64,000 bases of DNA from a bacterium (GCA_035292085.1 DATDQT010000083.1:12288-76287); one strand, 5' to 3'; counted from the stretch's first letter, positions 1 to 9,265 are shown. Notes: generated by a model not told the origin, from the sequence alone. A program made the numbers and translations.

Positions 1-620
1 CCGGCGACCTGGGGCTCGATCCGCGCAAGTGCCGGACGGCGACGGTGGTGATTATCGTCGACACGATCCAGCTGTATCCGAAGGAGGCGTATGAGCGTGG
101 CCTGCGGGTGGTCACGGCGACCACGCGCAAGCACCGTCCCGACGCCCTGTCGCCGCAGGCGAAGACCCTGAACTACCTCAACAACATCCTCGCCCGGATC
201 GAGGCCAATCAGGCCGGCGTGGATGAGGCGATCATGTTGACCGTTGACGGGTATGTCAGTGAGTGCAGCGCGGACAACTTCTACATCGTGCACGACGGCG
301 TGATCTGGACCGCCCCCGTCGCGCTGGGCATCCTCAAGGGTGTGACCCGCGGGGTCGTGCTGGAGCTCGCCGCCGCGCTGAACGTCCCCGTGTACGAGAA
401 GGCCTTCACCCTCCACGACGTGTACACGGCCGATGAGGCGTTCCTCTCGGGGACCGGGGCGGAGATCGGCCCGGTTGTCGAGGTCGACGGCCGGCCGATC
501 GCCGCAGGACACCCCGGACCGGTCTTTGAGCGGCTGCACCGCGCCTTCCGGGAGATGGTGAGTCGAGAAGGTACGCCGGTGCCCTACAAGCCGCTGGTGT
601 CGACCTCCGTGGCACCGTAG
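1..620 (+). CDS. ilvE: Branched-chain amino acid aminotransferase (fold-type IV), C-terminal part; 5' end lies outside the window
   Basis: The reading frame of ORF 45..620 stays open to the window edge. Translation LNYLNNILARIEANQAGVDEAIML...ADEAFLSGTGAEIGPVVEVDGRPI is typical of class IV aminotransferases. Confidence 0.75.
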   Translation, partial: GDLGLDPRKCRTATVVIIVDTIQLYPKEAYERGLRVVTATTRKHRPDALSPQAKTLNYLNNILARIEANQAGVDEAIMLTVDGYVSECSADNFYIVHDGVIWTAPVALGILKGVTRGVVLELAAALNVPVYEKAFTLHDVYTADEAFLSGTGAEIGPVVEVDGRPIAAGHPGPVFERLHRAFREMVSREGTPVPYKPLVSTSVAP

Positions 621-625
621 GGTCG

Positions 626-1165
626 ATGCCGCGGGACGAGCGGGTCATCCGCTCGACGCGGATCTACGAGGGTCACGTCGTGTCCGTTCGCCTCGACGAC
701 GTCGAGCTGCCCAGCGGCCGGACCACGGTGCGCGAGATCGTGGAGCATCGCGGGGCGGTCGCCGTCGTGCCCCTGACGCCCGGCGGCGACGTCCTGCTCG
801 TGCGCCAGTACCGCGCCCCGGCCGGGCGGCGGCTGCTGGAGATTCCGGCGGGGACGATGGAACCCGGGGAGTCGGTTGAAGGCTGCGCCGCCCGCGAGCT
901 GGCGGAGGAAGTGGGCATGCGTGCCCGGCGGTGGCAGCCGCTGGGCGCGATCTATCCATCGCCGGGTTTTCTCACCGAAGTCGTCCACCTGTTTGTGGCC
1001 GGCGATCTCTCTCCGCACACACTGGAGGCGGAGGAGGAGGACCTGGAAGTCGTCGCCGTGCCGCTGGCGGACGCCCGGCGTCTGGTGCTCGCCGGAGACA
1101 TCTGCGATGCCAAGTCGGTCGCGGGGATCCTCCTGGCGTCGCTGCGTGAGGCCGGCCGGCCATGA
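626..1165 (+). CDS. NUDIX hydrolase, ADP-ribose pyrophosphatase-like
   Basis: 179 aa with Nudix box GTMEPGESVEGCAARELAEEVG. The stop overlaps the xerD start. Confidence 0.8.
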   Translation: MPRDERVIRSTRIYEGHVVSVRLDDVELPSGRTTVREIVEHRGAVAVVPLTPGGDVLLVRQYRAPAGRRLLEIPAGTMEPGESVEGCAARELAEEVGMRARRWQPLGAIYPSPGFLTEVVHLFVAGDLSPHTLEAEEEDLEVVAVPLADARRLVLAGDICDAKSVAGILLASLREAGRP

Positions 1166-2106
1166 CCCGCCCACCGGCCGGACCGGCCGCGTTCTTCGAT
1201 CACGTGGACGCGTTCCTGGCCTACGCGTTGGCGGAAGCCGGGCTGGCCGGCAATTCGGTCGAGGCATACTACCGCGACCTGCGCGATTTCGCCGCGTTTG
1301 CCGCCCGCCGGGACGTACAGACGCCCGTGGATGTGACGCGCGCCGCCGTGTCGCTGTATCTGCTGGAGCTGCGGAAACGGGGACGGTCGGTGAGTACCGT
1401 GAAGCGGCGGACCGCGGCGCTGCGGTCGTTCTTCAGATTCCTGCAGCGGGAAAACCTGATCGACCATGACCCGACGCTGGACCTGCAACCCCCCCGGCCC
1501 ACCCGGCGCCTGCCCCGTGTGCTGACGGAAGATGAAGTCGCGCGTGTGCTGGCGATGCCTGACCCGGCCACGCCGGTCGGGTCGCGGGATCGCGCCCTGC
1601 TGGAACTGCTCTATGCCAGCGGCCTGAGGGTCTCGGAGGCGACCAGCCTGGATCTGGGGGATGCCGATCTGTCGGAAGAGACCGTGCGCGTCGTGGGCAA
1701 AGGGAACCGGCAGCGCGTCGTCCCGATGGGGAGCAAAGCCATCGCGGCGCTGGCGGCCTACCTCAAGGCCGCCCGGCCGCGCCTCGCGCGTGGCCGCGCC
1801 GCCGCCCAGGCGGTGTTCCTCAACCGCCGCGGTGGCCGGCTGAGCCGGCAGAGTTGCTGGAAACTGCTCCGCCGCTATGCCCGCGCCGCGGGTATTACCC
1901 GGGCGCTGTCCCCACACGTGCTGCGCCACTCGTTTGCGACGCATTTGCTGGAACGCGGCGCGGACCTGCGCGCAGTCCAGGAGATGCTGGGGCACGCCTC
2001 GGTGGGTACGACGCAGGTGTACACGCACGTGTCGCGTGCGCGCCTGAGAGAGGTGTACGTCCGCGCCCACCCCCGCGGCGGCATGCGCGTGCGCTCGGCG
2101 AAGTGA
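1162..2106 (+). CDS. xerD: Site-specific tyrosine recombinase XerD
   Basis: 314 aa. The C-terminal catalytic region [36 protein letters not shown] is present, and the gene sits in the xerD-deoB-punA context. Confidence 0.85.
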   Translation: MTRPPAGPAAFFDHVDAFLAYALAEAGLAGNSVEAYYRDLRDFAAFAARRDVQTPVDVTRAAVSLYLLELRKRGRSVSTVKRRTAALRSFFRFLQRENLIDHDPTLDLQPPRPTRRLPRVLTEDEVARVLAMPDPATPVGSRDRALLELLYASGLRVSEATSLDLGDADLSEETVRVVGKGNRQRVVPMGSKAIAALAAYLKAARPRLARGRAAAQAVFLNRRGGRLSRQSCWKLLRRYARAAGITRALSPHVLRHSFATHLLERGADLRAVQEMLGHASVGTTQVYTHVSRARLREVYVRAHPRGGMRVRSAK

Positions 2107-3293
2107 CGGGTTCAGGACGGCGGTTTGACCGGTCCGTCATCCTGGTCCTCGACAGCGTCGGCGTCGGCGGCGCGCCCGATGCCGACCGCTACGGCGACGC
2201 CGGCAGCGCGACGCTCCCCCACATCGCCGAGGCCGTCGGCGGTCTGCGGCTGCCCACCCTCCAGGGCCTGGGCCTGGGATGCATCGTCCCGATCGCCGGT
2301 GTCCCCGCGGTCGCGCATCCGGCGGCGGCGTATGGCCGGCTGACGGAGACGTCGCCGGGGAAGGATTCGACAACCGGCCATTGGGAACTGATGGGCGTGA
2401 TCCTCGACCGTCCGTTCCCGACCTATCCGGAGGGCTTTCCGCCGGAAGTGCTGGAGCCGTTCGAGCAGGCGATCGGCACGCGCACCCTCGGCAATGTCGC
2501 GGCCTCGGGTACCGAGATCATCGCGCGGCTGGGTGAGGAGCACCAGCTCACGGGCTATCCGATCGTCTACACGTCCGCCGACAGCGTCTTCCAGGTGGCC
2601 GCGCATGAGGAGGTCATTCCGGTCGACCGGCTGTACGACATCTGCCAGACCGCCCGCGGGCTGCTGACCGGTGCTTACGCCGTCAGCCGCGTGATCGCCC
2701 GCCCGTTTGTCGGGTCCCCCGGTCACTACGTGCGCACCGACCGCCGCCGGGACTTCTCTGTGCTCCCTCCGCGTCCCACCGTCCTCGACGCCGCCGCGGC
2801 CGCCGGGTGGCCCGTGGTCGGGATCGGCAAGATTCCCGACCTGTTCGGTCACCGCGGCATGACCGCGGAAGTGCACACGCACGACGATCTCGACGGGATG
2901 GCGCAAACGGTGCAGATGCTGGAGCGTACACCGCGCGGGATCATCATGACCAACCTGGTCGACCTGGACACGAAGTTCGGCCACCGCAACGATCCCCGCG
3001 GCTACGCCGCCGACTTGGAGGCGATCGACGCGGCCCTGCCGCAGATGCTGACCCGGCTGACCTGCGGCGACCTGTTCGTGATCACCGCAGACCACGGCAA
3101 CGATCCAACCACGCCGAGCACCGATCATGCCCGCGAACAGGTGCCGATGCTGTGGACCGGTCCGCGCATCCGGCCCGCCGACCTGGGCGTCCGGTCCACG
3201 TTCGCCGACGTCGGCGCCACGGTGGCCGACGCGCTCGGCATTTCCTGGCCGGGGCCCGGGACGAGCCTGCTGCCGGCGATGGGGGGGACGTGA
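2103..3293 (+). CDS. deoB: Phosphopentomutase
   Basis: Trimmed from ORF 1854..3293 to the in-frame GTG at 2103 (GTGA overlap with the xerD stop). The N-terminus [16 protein letters not shown] and the C-terminal [10 protein letters not shown] motif are typical of DeoB; length 396 aa. Confidence 0.85.
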   Translation: MTGSGRRFDRSVILVLDSVGVGGAPDADRYGDAGSATLPHIAEAVGGLRLPTLQGLGLGCIVPIAGVPAVAHPAAAYGRLTETSPGKDSTTGHWELMGVILDRPFPTYPEGFPPEVLEPFEQAIGTRTLGNVAASGTEIIARLGEEHQLTGYPIVYTSADSVFQVAAHEEVIPVDRLYDICQTARGLLTGAYAVSRVIARPFVGSPGHYVRTDRRRDFSVLPPRPTVLDAAAAAGWPVVGIGKIPDLFGHRGMTAEVHTHDDLDGMAQTVQMLERTPRGIIMTNLVDLDTKFGHRNDPRGYAADLEAIDAALPQMLTRLTCGDLFVITADHGNDPTTPSTDHAREQVPMLWTGPRIRPADLGVRSTFADVGATVADALGISWPGPGTSLLPAMGGT

Positions 3294-4114
3294 TGGAACT
3301 GCGCGCGCGCATGGAGGCGGCGGTCGCGGTCATCCGGCGGGCCTCACCGCTGGTGCCGCAGATCGCGATTACGCTGGGATCGGGGCTGGGGCGGCTGGCC
3401 GACCACATTGACCGGGCGACGGCCATCCCCTACGACCAGGTCCCGCACTTCCCGCGGTCTACCGTGGAAGGCCACGCCGGGCGGCTCGTCCTGGGCCATC
3501 TGGAGGGACGGCCCGTGGTCACTATGCACGGACGCGTGCACTACTACGAGGGGCACGGGATCGCCGACGTCGTGTTCCCGCTCCGGATCATGCACGCCCT
3601 GGGCGCGCGCATCTTCATCGTCACCAACGCCGCCGGCGGGATCAACCGGCGGTGGACGGCCGGCGATCTGATGATCATGGCCGATCACATCAACCTCATG
3701 GGCGTCAACCCGCTAATCGGGCCGAACGATCCGGCGATGGGCCCCCGGTTTGTGGATCTCGCCCGCGCGTACGATCCCGAGTTGATCGAGGTGGCCGAAC
3801 GGGCCGCCGCCGCGGAAGGCATCAACATCCGCAAAGGCGTCTACGCGGCAGTGAGCGGCCCGAACTACGAGACCCCCGCGGAACTGCGCATGATGGGCCG
3901 GCTGGGGGCCGACGCGGTGGGCATGTCGACGGTCCCGGAGGTCATCGCGGCGCGGCATCTGGGGATGCGGGTGCTGGGGATCACGGCGATTACCGACATG
4001 GCGACCGGCGAGCAGGCGGTCTCGGTGTCGCATGACGACGTGCTGGCAACGGCCCGCGCGATCGAGCCGCGCTTCGTGGCTCTCGTGAGGCATATTGTCA
4101 GGGACATCGAATGA
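3293..4114 (+). CDS. punA: Purine nucleoside phosphorylase (PNP/MTAP family, trimeric type)
   Basis: Trimmed from ORF 2807..4114 to ATG 3293 (ATGA overlap with the deoB stop). Contains ITLGSGLG...[13 protein letters not shown]...VHYYEG...GMSTVPEVI; 273 aa. Confidence 0.85.
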   Translation: MELRARMEAAVAVIRRASPLVPQIAITLGSGLGRLADHIDRATAIPYDQVPHFPRSTVEGHAGRLVLGHLEGRPVVTMHGRVHYYEGHGIADVVFPLRIMHALGARIFIVTNAAGGINRRWTAGDLMIMADHINLMGVNPLIGPNDPAMGPRFVDLARAYDPELIEVAERAAAAEGINIRKGVYAAVSGPNYETPAELRMMGRLGADAVGMSTVPEVIAARHLGMRVLGITAITDMATGEQAVSVSHDDVLATARAIEPRFVALVRHIVRDIE

Positions 4115-4124
4115 TGTGCCTGCG

Positions 4125-5432
4125 ATGAGCCGAGCCTATGAGCTGATCCAGAAGAAGCGCGACGGTGGATCCTTGACCGACGAGGAGATCCGCGCCGCGG
4201 TGGCCGGGTACCTCTCCGGAGAGATCCCTGACTACCAGATGGCCGCGTTCTTGATGGCGGTCTTCTTCCGTGGGATGACTGCGCAGGAGACCACCGCGCT
4301 GACGATGGCGATGGTGCATTCGGGTGAGATCCTCGACCTCAGCGCGATCCGGGGCATCAAGGTCGACAAGCACAGCACGGGCGGAGTGGGGGACAAGACC
4401 TCCCTGGTCCTGGTCCCACTCGTCGCCGCGGCCGGGGCGCCGGTGGCCAAACTCTCCGGCCGGGGGTTGGGGCATACCGGGGGGACGCTCGATAAGCTCG
4501 AAGCGATTCCCGGTATGCGGGTAGAACTGACCTCGGAGGAGTTCATCGACCAGGTGAACCGTGTGGGCTGCGCGATTGCCGGCCAGACGGCCAACCTGGT
4601 CCCCGCCGACAAGAAGCTGTACGCGCTCCGCGACGTGACCGCGACCGTGGACAGCATTCCGTTGATCGCCGCCAGTGTGATGAGCAAGAAGATCGCCGCC
4701 GGCGCGGATGCGATCGTGCTGGATGTGAAGACCGGCCGCGGCGCGTTCATGGAAGACCTCGCCTCGGCCAGAGCACTGGCCGAGCTGATGGTGGCCATCG
4801 GGTCGGCGGCCGGGCGGCGGACCGTGGCCGTCATGTCGGACATGGACCAGCCGCTGGGGGCGGCCATCGGCAACGCCCTCGAGGTGGCCGAGGCCCTGCA
4901 GACGCTGCAGGGGGAAGGTCCCCCCGACCTGCAGGAGCTCTGTCTGGCCTTGGGATCCCACATGCTCGTGCTGGCCAGGGTCGCGGGATCGCTGGACGAC
5001 GCGCGCGACACGCTTCAGCGAGCCCTCGAAAACGGCGGGGCACGGGCCAAGTTCAAGGAACTCATTGACGCGCAGGGAGGCGACGGCCGCGTGGTCGAGG
5101 AGCCGGACCGTCTCCCGCAGGCGCCGGTGACGCTTCCGGTTCCAGCAGAGGCGGACGGGACCGTGGCCGCCATCGATGCCGAACGGCTCGGGACGGCCGC
5201 CATGGCGCTGGGGGCCGGACGGACCAGAAAGGACGAGAGAATCGATCCCGCCGTCGGCCTCGTCCTGCGACGCAAGGTCGGCGACCCGGTGGCGCGCGGG
5301 GACATCCTCGCCGAGGTCTATGCCGCCGATCGCGCGCAGGGTGCCGGCGCGGTCGGACGCGTGCGGTCCGCGTACACCATCGGGCGGGCGGCGCCGCCGC
5401 CGCGTCCGCTGATTCACGGTGTCGTCACCTAG
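4125..5432 (+). CDS. pdp: Pyrimidine-nucleoside (thymidine) phosphorylase
   Basis: Starts at ATG 4125 ([15 protein letters not shown]...). Contains [18 protein letters not shown] and [16 protein letters not shown] motifs; 435 aa. Confidence 0.85.
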   Translation: MSRAYELIQKKRDGGSLTDEEIRAAVAGYLSGEIPDYQMAAFLMAVFFRGMTAQETTALTMAMVHSGEILDLSAIRGIKVDKHSTGGVGDKTSLVLVPLVAAAGAPVAKLSGRGLGHTGGTLDKLEAIPGMRVELTSEEFIDQVNRVGCAIAGQTANLVPADKKLYALRDVTATVDSIPLIAASVMSKKIAAGADAIVLDVKTGRGAFMEDLASARALAELMVAIGSAAGRRTVAVMSDMDQPLGAAIGNALEVAEALQTLQGEGPPDLQELCLALGSHMLVLARVAGSLDDARDTLQRALENGGARAKFKELIDAQGGDGRVVEEPDRLPQAPVTLPVPAEADGTVAAIDAERLGTAAMALGAGRTRKDERIDPAVGLVLRRKVGDPVARGDILAEVYAADRAQGAGAVGRVRSAYTIGRAAPPPRPLIHGVVT

Positions 5433-5527
5433 TGCCGTACCAACTTGATATGTGCGCCTATCTTCCGAGCGACTCTCAAGGTTCCAAGGAAACGCACATG
5501 TGGCAAATCAAGTTGGTACGGCACTAG
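5429..5527. repeat. 99-nt hairpin element with perfect 21-bp inverted arms plus an inner 7-bp stem
   Basis: CTAGTGCCGTACCAACTTGAT at 5429-5449 is the exact reverse complement of 5507-5527. An inner ATGTGCG/CGCACAT pairing follows. The pdp stop TAG (5430-5432) lies inside the left arm, and the next gene's ATG (5530) is 3 nt after the right arm. Confidence 0.8.
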
Positions 5528-5529
5528 CG

Positions 5530-6063
5530 ATGCAGTTGGTGATCCCGGACCCGTCGCTGGTTGTCTTGTGCGGGCCCGCCGGGAGCGGGAAGAGCACCTT
5601 CGCGTCCCGCCACTTCGCAGAGACTGCCGTGGTATCATCGGACCGCTGCCGCGCGCTCATCGCCGATGATGAAGGCGAGACGCGAGTGTCCGGTGAGGCC
5701 TTTACGCTGTTCCATCATATTATCGACGCCCGTTTGCGCTACCGCCGGCTTACCGTCGCCGACAGCACCGCGTTGAGCCCTCCGGCCAGACAGGACCTGT
5801 TGAAACTGGCCCGCCGGCGATCGGTGCCCGCCTACCTGATCGTCTTTGATGTGTCCGAGGAGGTCTGCCGGCAGTGGAATGCGCGGCGCGGCCGGGTGGT
5901 CCCGCCCGACGTCATCCACCGCCAGCGGCAGGCGCTGGAGCAGGCGCTGGCGCACGTGGGCACCGAAGGATTTGCCGAGGTCGCAGTGTTCCATGCCGAT
6001 GAGATCACCGACGCACGCGTGGAGATCGCTCGGCCGCCTTCGCGGCGTCCCGGGCGCGGATAG
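5530..6063 (+). CDS. P-loop kinase, AAA_33 / polynucleotide-kinase-like ATP-binding protein
   Basis: Trimmed to ATG 5530. Walker A LVVLCGPAGSGKSTFA is followed by VVSSDRCRALIADDEG...LTVADSTALSPPARQDLLKLA...YLIVFDV, a layout typical of bacterial Pnk-type kinase domains; 177 aa. Confidence 0.6.
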   Translation: MQLVIPDPSLVVLCGPAGSGKSTFASRHFAETAVVSSDRCRALIADDEGETRVSGEAFTLFHHIIDARLRYRRLTVADSTALSPPARQDLLKLARRRSVPAYLIVFDVSEEVCRQWNARRGRVVPPDVIHRQRQALEQALAHVGTEGFAEVAVFHADEITDARVEIARPPSRRPGRG

Positions 6064-6075
6064 GAGGGAAGAGTC

Positions 6076-6528
6076 GTGTTCAGCCACATCGTCTTGGGAG
6101 TCGACGGGTCCGAGGTATCGAGCAAGGGGGTGGACGTCGCCGCCGGCCTTGCCGCAACACTGCAGGCGCGGGTCACGGTTGTCCATGCCCTCGTCGACCC
6201 GATGATGGTCATGCCGCCGGTCGCGCCCACGGAGGCGATGATTACGCCGCCGCTGCTGTCAGAAGACGCGCTGGCCGAACTCGAGAAGGCCGGCCGGGAG
6301 ATCGTCGGCGCGGCGGTGGACCGGCTCAGACAGGCCGGGGTGACCGCGGAGGGACGCCTCGAGCGCGGACCCGCCGGCGCTCAGATCGTCCAGGCGGCGC
6401 GGACGGCCGGAGCGGACCTCATTATCCTCGGCAGCCGCGGACACGGCAAACTGGAAGAACTGCTGCTCGGGAGCGTCAGCGATGCCGTCGTGCGCGAGGC
6501 GCCGTGCTCGGTGCTCATCGTGCGCTGA
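6076..6528 (+). CDS. Universal stress protein (UspA family)
   Basis: 150 aa with HIVLGVDGSEVS at the N-terminus and DLIILGSRGHGKLEELLLGSVSDAVVREAPCSVLIV at the C-terminus. Confidence 0.8.
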   Translation: MFSHIVLGVDGSEVSSKGVDVAAGLAATLQARVTVVHALVDPMMVMPPVAPTEAMITPPLLSEDALAELEKAGREIVGAAVDRLRQAGVTAEGRLERGPAGAQIVQAARTAGADLIILGSRGHGKLEELLLGSVSDAVVREAPCSVLIVR

Positions 6529-6551
6529 ATGACAGACTGAGACTTCCTGGT

Positions 6552-6620
6552 GTCATTGCGAGGAGCGCAGCGACGAAAGCAATCCCAGTTCTGAGATTGC
6601 TTCGCTCCGCTCGCAATGAC
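6552..6620. repeat. Imperfect palindromic intergenic repeat (REP/MITE-like), copy 1
   Basis: GTCATTGCGAGGAGCGCAGCGACGAAAGCAATCCCAGTTCTGAGATTGCTTCGCTCCGCTCGCAATGAC. It is near-identical to 17243..17310, and its 11-bp termini GTCATTGCGAG/CTCGCAATGAC are perfectly complementary. Confidence 0.85.
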
Positions 6621-6648
6621 AAACCCTTCTATTGGAGGCCATCGATCA

Positions 6649-7509
6649 ATGGACATTCGAACAGTAGGGGTCGTAGGCTGCGGGCTCATGGGTGTGGGCA
6701 TCGTCGAGGTCTGTGCGCGCGCCGGGTATGACGTCGTGGTCAGGGAGATCAACGACGACCTGCTCAAGAAGGGACTGGACCGGGTGGCGGCGTCGATCGG
6801 CCGCGCCGTGGAGCGAGGGAAGGTGGCCGCCGCCGACGCCGAGGCAGCACGAGCGCGCATTCGGGGCACGACGCGCCTGGAGGAGTTGGGTGATGCCGAC
6901 CTGGTCATCGAGGCCGTCGTCGAGAACATGGATCTCAAGAAGCAGGTCTTCCGGGAACTCGATGCCATTGCCCGGCCGGGGGTGGTCTTCGCGAGCAACA
7001 CCTCATCGCTGTCGATCACCGAAATGGCGTCGGCGACGTCCCGTGGCGAGCGGTTTGTGGGGATACACTTCTTCAATCCGGTCCCGGTGATGAAGCTCGT
7101 CGAGCTGATCCGGGGTCTCCAGACCTCCGCCGAGACGATGGCCGACGGCCGGGCTTTCGCGGAGTCGGTCGGCAAGACGGTTGTGGTCTGCAAGGACAAC
7201 CCGGGGTTCATCGTCAACCTGCTGCTGGTCCCCTTCATGCTCGATGCCGTGCGGGCGCTGGAGACCGGCGTCGCGACCAAAGAGGATATCGACACCGCGA
7301 TCGTGCTGGGCCTGGCCCACCCGATGGGACCGCTCACGCTGCTGGACTACGTGGGGATCGACACAACGTACTACATCGCTCAGGCGATGTTTGAGGAATT
7401 CAAAGACACCCGCTACGCCGCGCCGCCGCTGATGAAACGCATGGTTCTCGCCGGTTTGCACGGACGGAAGACCGGCCGGGGTTTCTACGACTACTCACCT
7501 GCGAAGTAG
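6649..7509 (+). CDS. hbd: 3-hydroxybutyryl-CoA dehydrogenase
   Basis: Trimmed to ATG 6649, preceded by GGAGG. The N-terminus VGVVGCGLMGVGI is a Rossmann motif, and the central FFNPVPVMKLVELI is typical of the 3-hydroxyacyl-CoA dehydrogenase family; 286 aa. Confidence 0.8.
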   Translation: MDIRTVGVVGCGLMGVGIVEVCARAGYDVVVREINDDLLKKGLDRVAASIGRAVERGKVAAADAEAARARIRGTTRLEELGDADLVIEAVVENMDLKKQVFRELDAIARPGVVFASNTSSLSITEMASATSRGERFVGIHFFNPVPVMKLVELIRGLQTSAETMADGRAFAESVGKTVVVCKDNPGFIVNLLLVPFMLDAVRALETGVATKEDIDTAIVLGLAHPMGPLTLLDYVGIDTTYYIAQAMFEEFKDTRYAAPPLMKRMVLAGLHGRKTGRGFYDYSPAK

Positions 7510-7512
7510 CTG

Positions 7513-7592
7513 GCGGGCGGTAGGAGGCCCGGGTCCTGAGGGGTCCCCGTGAAGTGGTCTCGGGGAGAGGACCCGGGCCTCCTACCGCCCGC
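7513..7592. terminator. Bidirectional hairpin with perfect 25-bp arms between convergent genes
   Basis: GCGGGCGGTAGGAGGCCCGGGTCCT (7513-7537) is the exact reverse complement of 7568-7592. It lies between the hbd stop (7509) and the stop of the minus-strand ORF (7598). There is no clear U-tract. Confidence 0.5.
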
Positions 7593-7597
7593 GGACG

Positions 7598-7822
7598 CTA
7601 CTCCGCTCCCCTGGCCTTCTTGATCGCCGCTTCGACGTGATCCGCCAGCACGAGGATGCCACGCTGGCGGCCTTTGACCGCCTTCCCAATCGATGCGAAC
7701 GGGATCTTGCGCGCCCGCAGCCAGTTGACCGTGCGGTTGAAATCTTCCTTGCTGTTCGGATCCAGCCCCGCCTTCTCCATCAAGTCCCTGATTCCGACAA
7801 TCCGGCTCCACGCGCCGTCCAT
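7598..7822 (-). CDS. Small hypothetical protein (74 aa), possibly DNA-binding
   Basis: The ORF has ordinary (not Arg/Pro-rich) composition and sits 20 nt downstream of the DUF1444 gene on the same strand. I recognised no family; the segment NWLRARKIPFASIGK weakly resembles an excisionase-type HTH. Confidence 0.4.
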   Translation of the reverse strand: MDGAWSRIVGIRDLMEKAGLDPNSKEDFNRTVNWLRARKIPFASIGKAVKGRQRGILVLADHVEAAIKKARGAE

Positions 7823-7842
7823 GCCGCCACCTCAGATTGAGA

Positions 7843-8715
7843 TTATTCGGTGTGCTGTCCTTTCGCTGGGACCCGGGGCGCCTCCTGGCCACCGCCGAGG
7901 GCCACGACGCCCTCGGGACCGGGCGTGAACAGTTGCCTGGTCAGGGGGAGATCCGCCCCCGCGTAGAGGGCGGCCGCGCGGGCGGCGAGCGCGCTGGATT
8001 GGTCCGCGGATGCGATGAGGCAGGCGTGCGCGTGGGGGATCGCCACGACCGGGTCGGAGATTCCGTGGGGCACGACGAGGTCGAGGACCAGCACCCGCGC
8101 CGCATCGTACCCATCCAGCGCGACGTACTCCGTCTGCGGCCCCCCCAAATCCTCGAGCAGATGGCGGGTCTTGGTGCGCAGATTCTCCACCGCCAGGGCA
8201 TGCAGGTGCACAACGCTGAGTCCCCACGCCGACAGCATCCCCTCAGTGATGGACGTCATCTGAAACTGGCCCTCGATGACGTAGGCCACGACCACGTCGC
8301 TGGCCATCGGGGTGCGGACGGGGAAGTGCTGCCGGCGGTAGCCCTTGGAAAGGACGAGGTCGGCCTCACGTCTGAGGACCGGAAGCAGCCGGTCCCGGAC
8401 CAGCGGGAACGGCGGCGGGGTGACTGGCGGCACACGCTGTCTGAGCGCGTCGGTCAGCGCCTGGAAGAGTTCTGATTCGTCTTCCCGGTGTCGGAGCTGG
8501 AAGATGTACGACTCGAGGAGGTCCACTTCCAAAGGGAGGCCGGACACCGCGCACAGCATGCCTGTGGGCGTGTCTTTGCGCCACTCGATGTCCGGAGCGT
8601 TCGATAGGTGCGCACGGAAGCGCCCGCGGAACGCGACGAACCCGACCCGCAGGCGCCAGGCCAGGAGTCCCGTGGCCGCTAGCAACCCAAACAGACTCGG
8701 TGCGATCCACGACAT
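7843..8715 (-). CDS. DUF1444 / UPF0354 (YtpQ-like) family protein with N-terminal membrane anchor
   Basis: 290 aa. LDGYDAARVLVLDLV...VVAIPHAHACLIA resembles the DGYDATRIL...VVAVPHQDVLIIA region remembered from Bacillus YtpQ. The N-terminus is hydrophobic. Confidence 0.55.
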   Translation of the reverse strand: MSWIAPSLFGLLAATGLLAWRLRVGFVAFRGRFRAHLSNAPDIEWRKDTPTGMLCAVSGLPLEVDLLESYIFQLRHREDESELFQALTDALRQRVPPVTPPPFPLVRDRLLPVLRREADLVLSKGYRRQHFPVRTPMASDVVVAYVIEGQFQMTSITEGMLSAWGLSVVHLHALAVENLRTKTRHLLEDLGGPQTEYVALDGYDAARVLVLDLVVPHGISDPVVAIPHAHACLIASADQSSALAARAAALYAGADLPLTRQLFTPGPEGVVALGGGQEAPRVPAKGQHTE

Positions 8716-8740
8716 CGGTAGACTGGTCCTCGGAGCCAGA

Positions 8741-8782
8741 GGAGGTGACAGTCACCCGATCAGTCGGGTGACTGTCACCTCC
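8741..8782 (-). terminator. Hairpin with perfect 19-bp arms downstream of the DUF35 gene
   Basis: GGAGGTGACAGTCACCCGA (8741-8759) and TCGGGTGACTGTCACCTCC (8764-8782) flank a 4-nt loop. The hairpin sits between the stop at 8804 and the next gene's start at 8715. Confidence 0.45.
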
Positions 8783-8803
8783 TGCCGAACACCTGATCGA
8801 GTC

Positions 8804-9265
8804 CTACCTGGCCGGAGCAAACCCGAGCAGATCGGCGAGGTTGCCACGCCGCCTCCTGGACGGCGCCAGCACGGCGGTGACAGGCATCTCCAGCTGCACG
8901 TCGCCTGGTGCCACCTTCAGCAGCCGTGCGACCAGGCCGCCGTCGGTACCGTCGATGCGCACATACGCGACAACCTCCGGCACCGGCAGGGGCCGGCCGA
9001 GCCCGTCGGCATGTACCACGGTAAACGTGTGGACCCGCCCCGTCAGCGGGGCCTCTTTCCACGTAGCGGAAAGGTCGGCGAAGCAGCGTTCACAGTAGAT
9101 GCGCGGCGGGAAGTAGGTCAGGTTGCATTCGTCGCACCGTGTGACCTCAAACTGGCCCCGGCGGCGCAGGGTCTGGAAGAACCGTTCCCCCGCTGCACCG
9201 GCAGTGTAAAGAAACTCCACCGGCATCTTCCCGCGCCAAGCCGACGGCCGCGATGCCTGCATCAC
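8804..9265 (-). CDS. Zn-ribbon/OB-fold protein (DUF35 family)
   Basis: 153 aa. Zn ribbon CDECNLTYFPPRIYCERC is followed by an OB-fold region (GRVHTFTVVH...). It lies next to thiolase-like genes, as is usual for DUF35. Confidence 0.75.
   Translation of the reverse strand: MMQASRPSAWRGKMPVEFLYTAGAAGERFFQTLRRRGQFEVTRCDECNLTYFPPRIYCERCFADLSATWKEAPLTGRVHTFTVVHADGLGRPLPVPEVVAYVRIDGTDGGLVARLLKVAPGDVQLEMPVTAVLAPSRRRRGNLADLLGFAPAR

Noticed and set aside
952-2070. 372-aa ORF on the minus strand opposite xerD
   Set aside because: Its Arg/Pro/Gly-rich, low-complexity translation is fully antisense to a well-supported xerD gene. This is a typical high-GC shadow ORF.
2807-3292. 162-codon N-terminal extension of the purine nucleoside phosphorylase ORF, and the similar extensions of deoB (1854-2102) and the second ABC permease (41791-42300)
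   Set aside because: The extensions overlap the preceding genes in other frames and are Arg-rich. Conserved N-termini begin at internal starts that form ATGA/GTGA overlaps with the upstream stops.
4098-5417. 439-aa ORF antisense to the pyrimidine-nucleoside phosphorylase gene
   Set aside because: It is a shadow ORF. It has no recognisable motifs and an Arg/His/Gly-rich composition, while the sense-strand pdp has strong family motifs.
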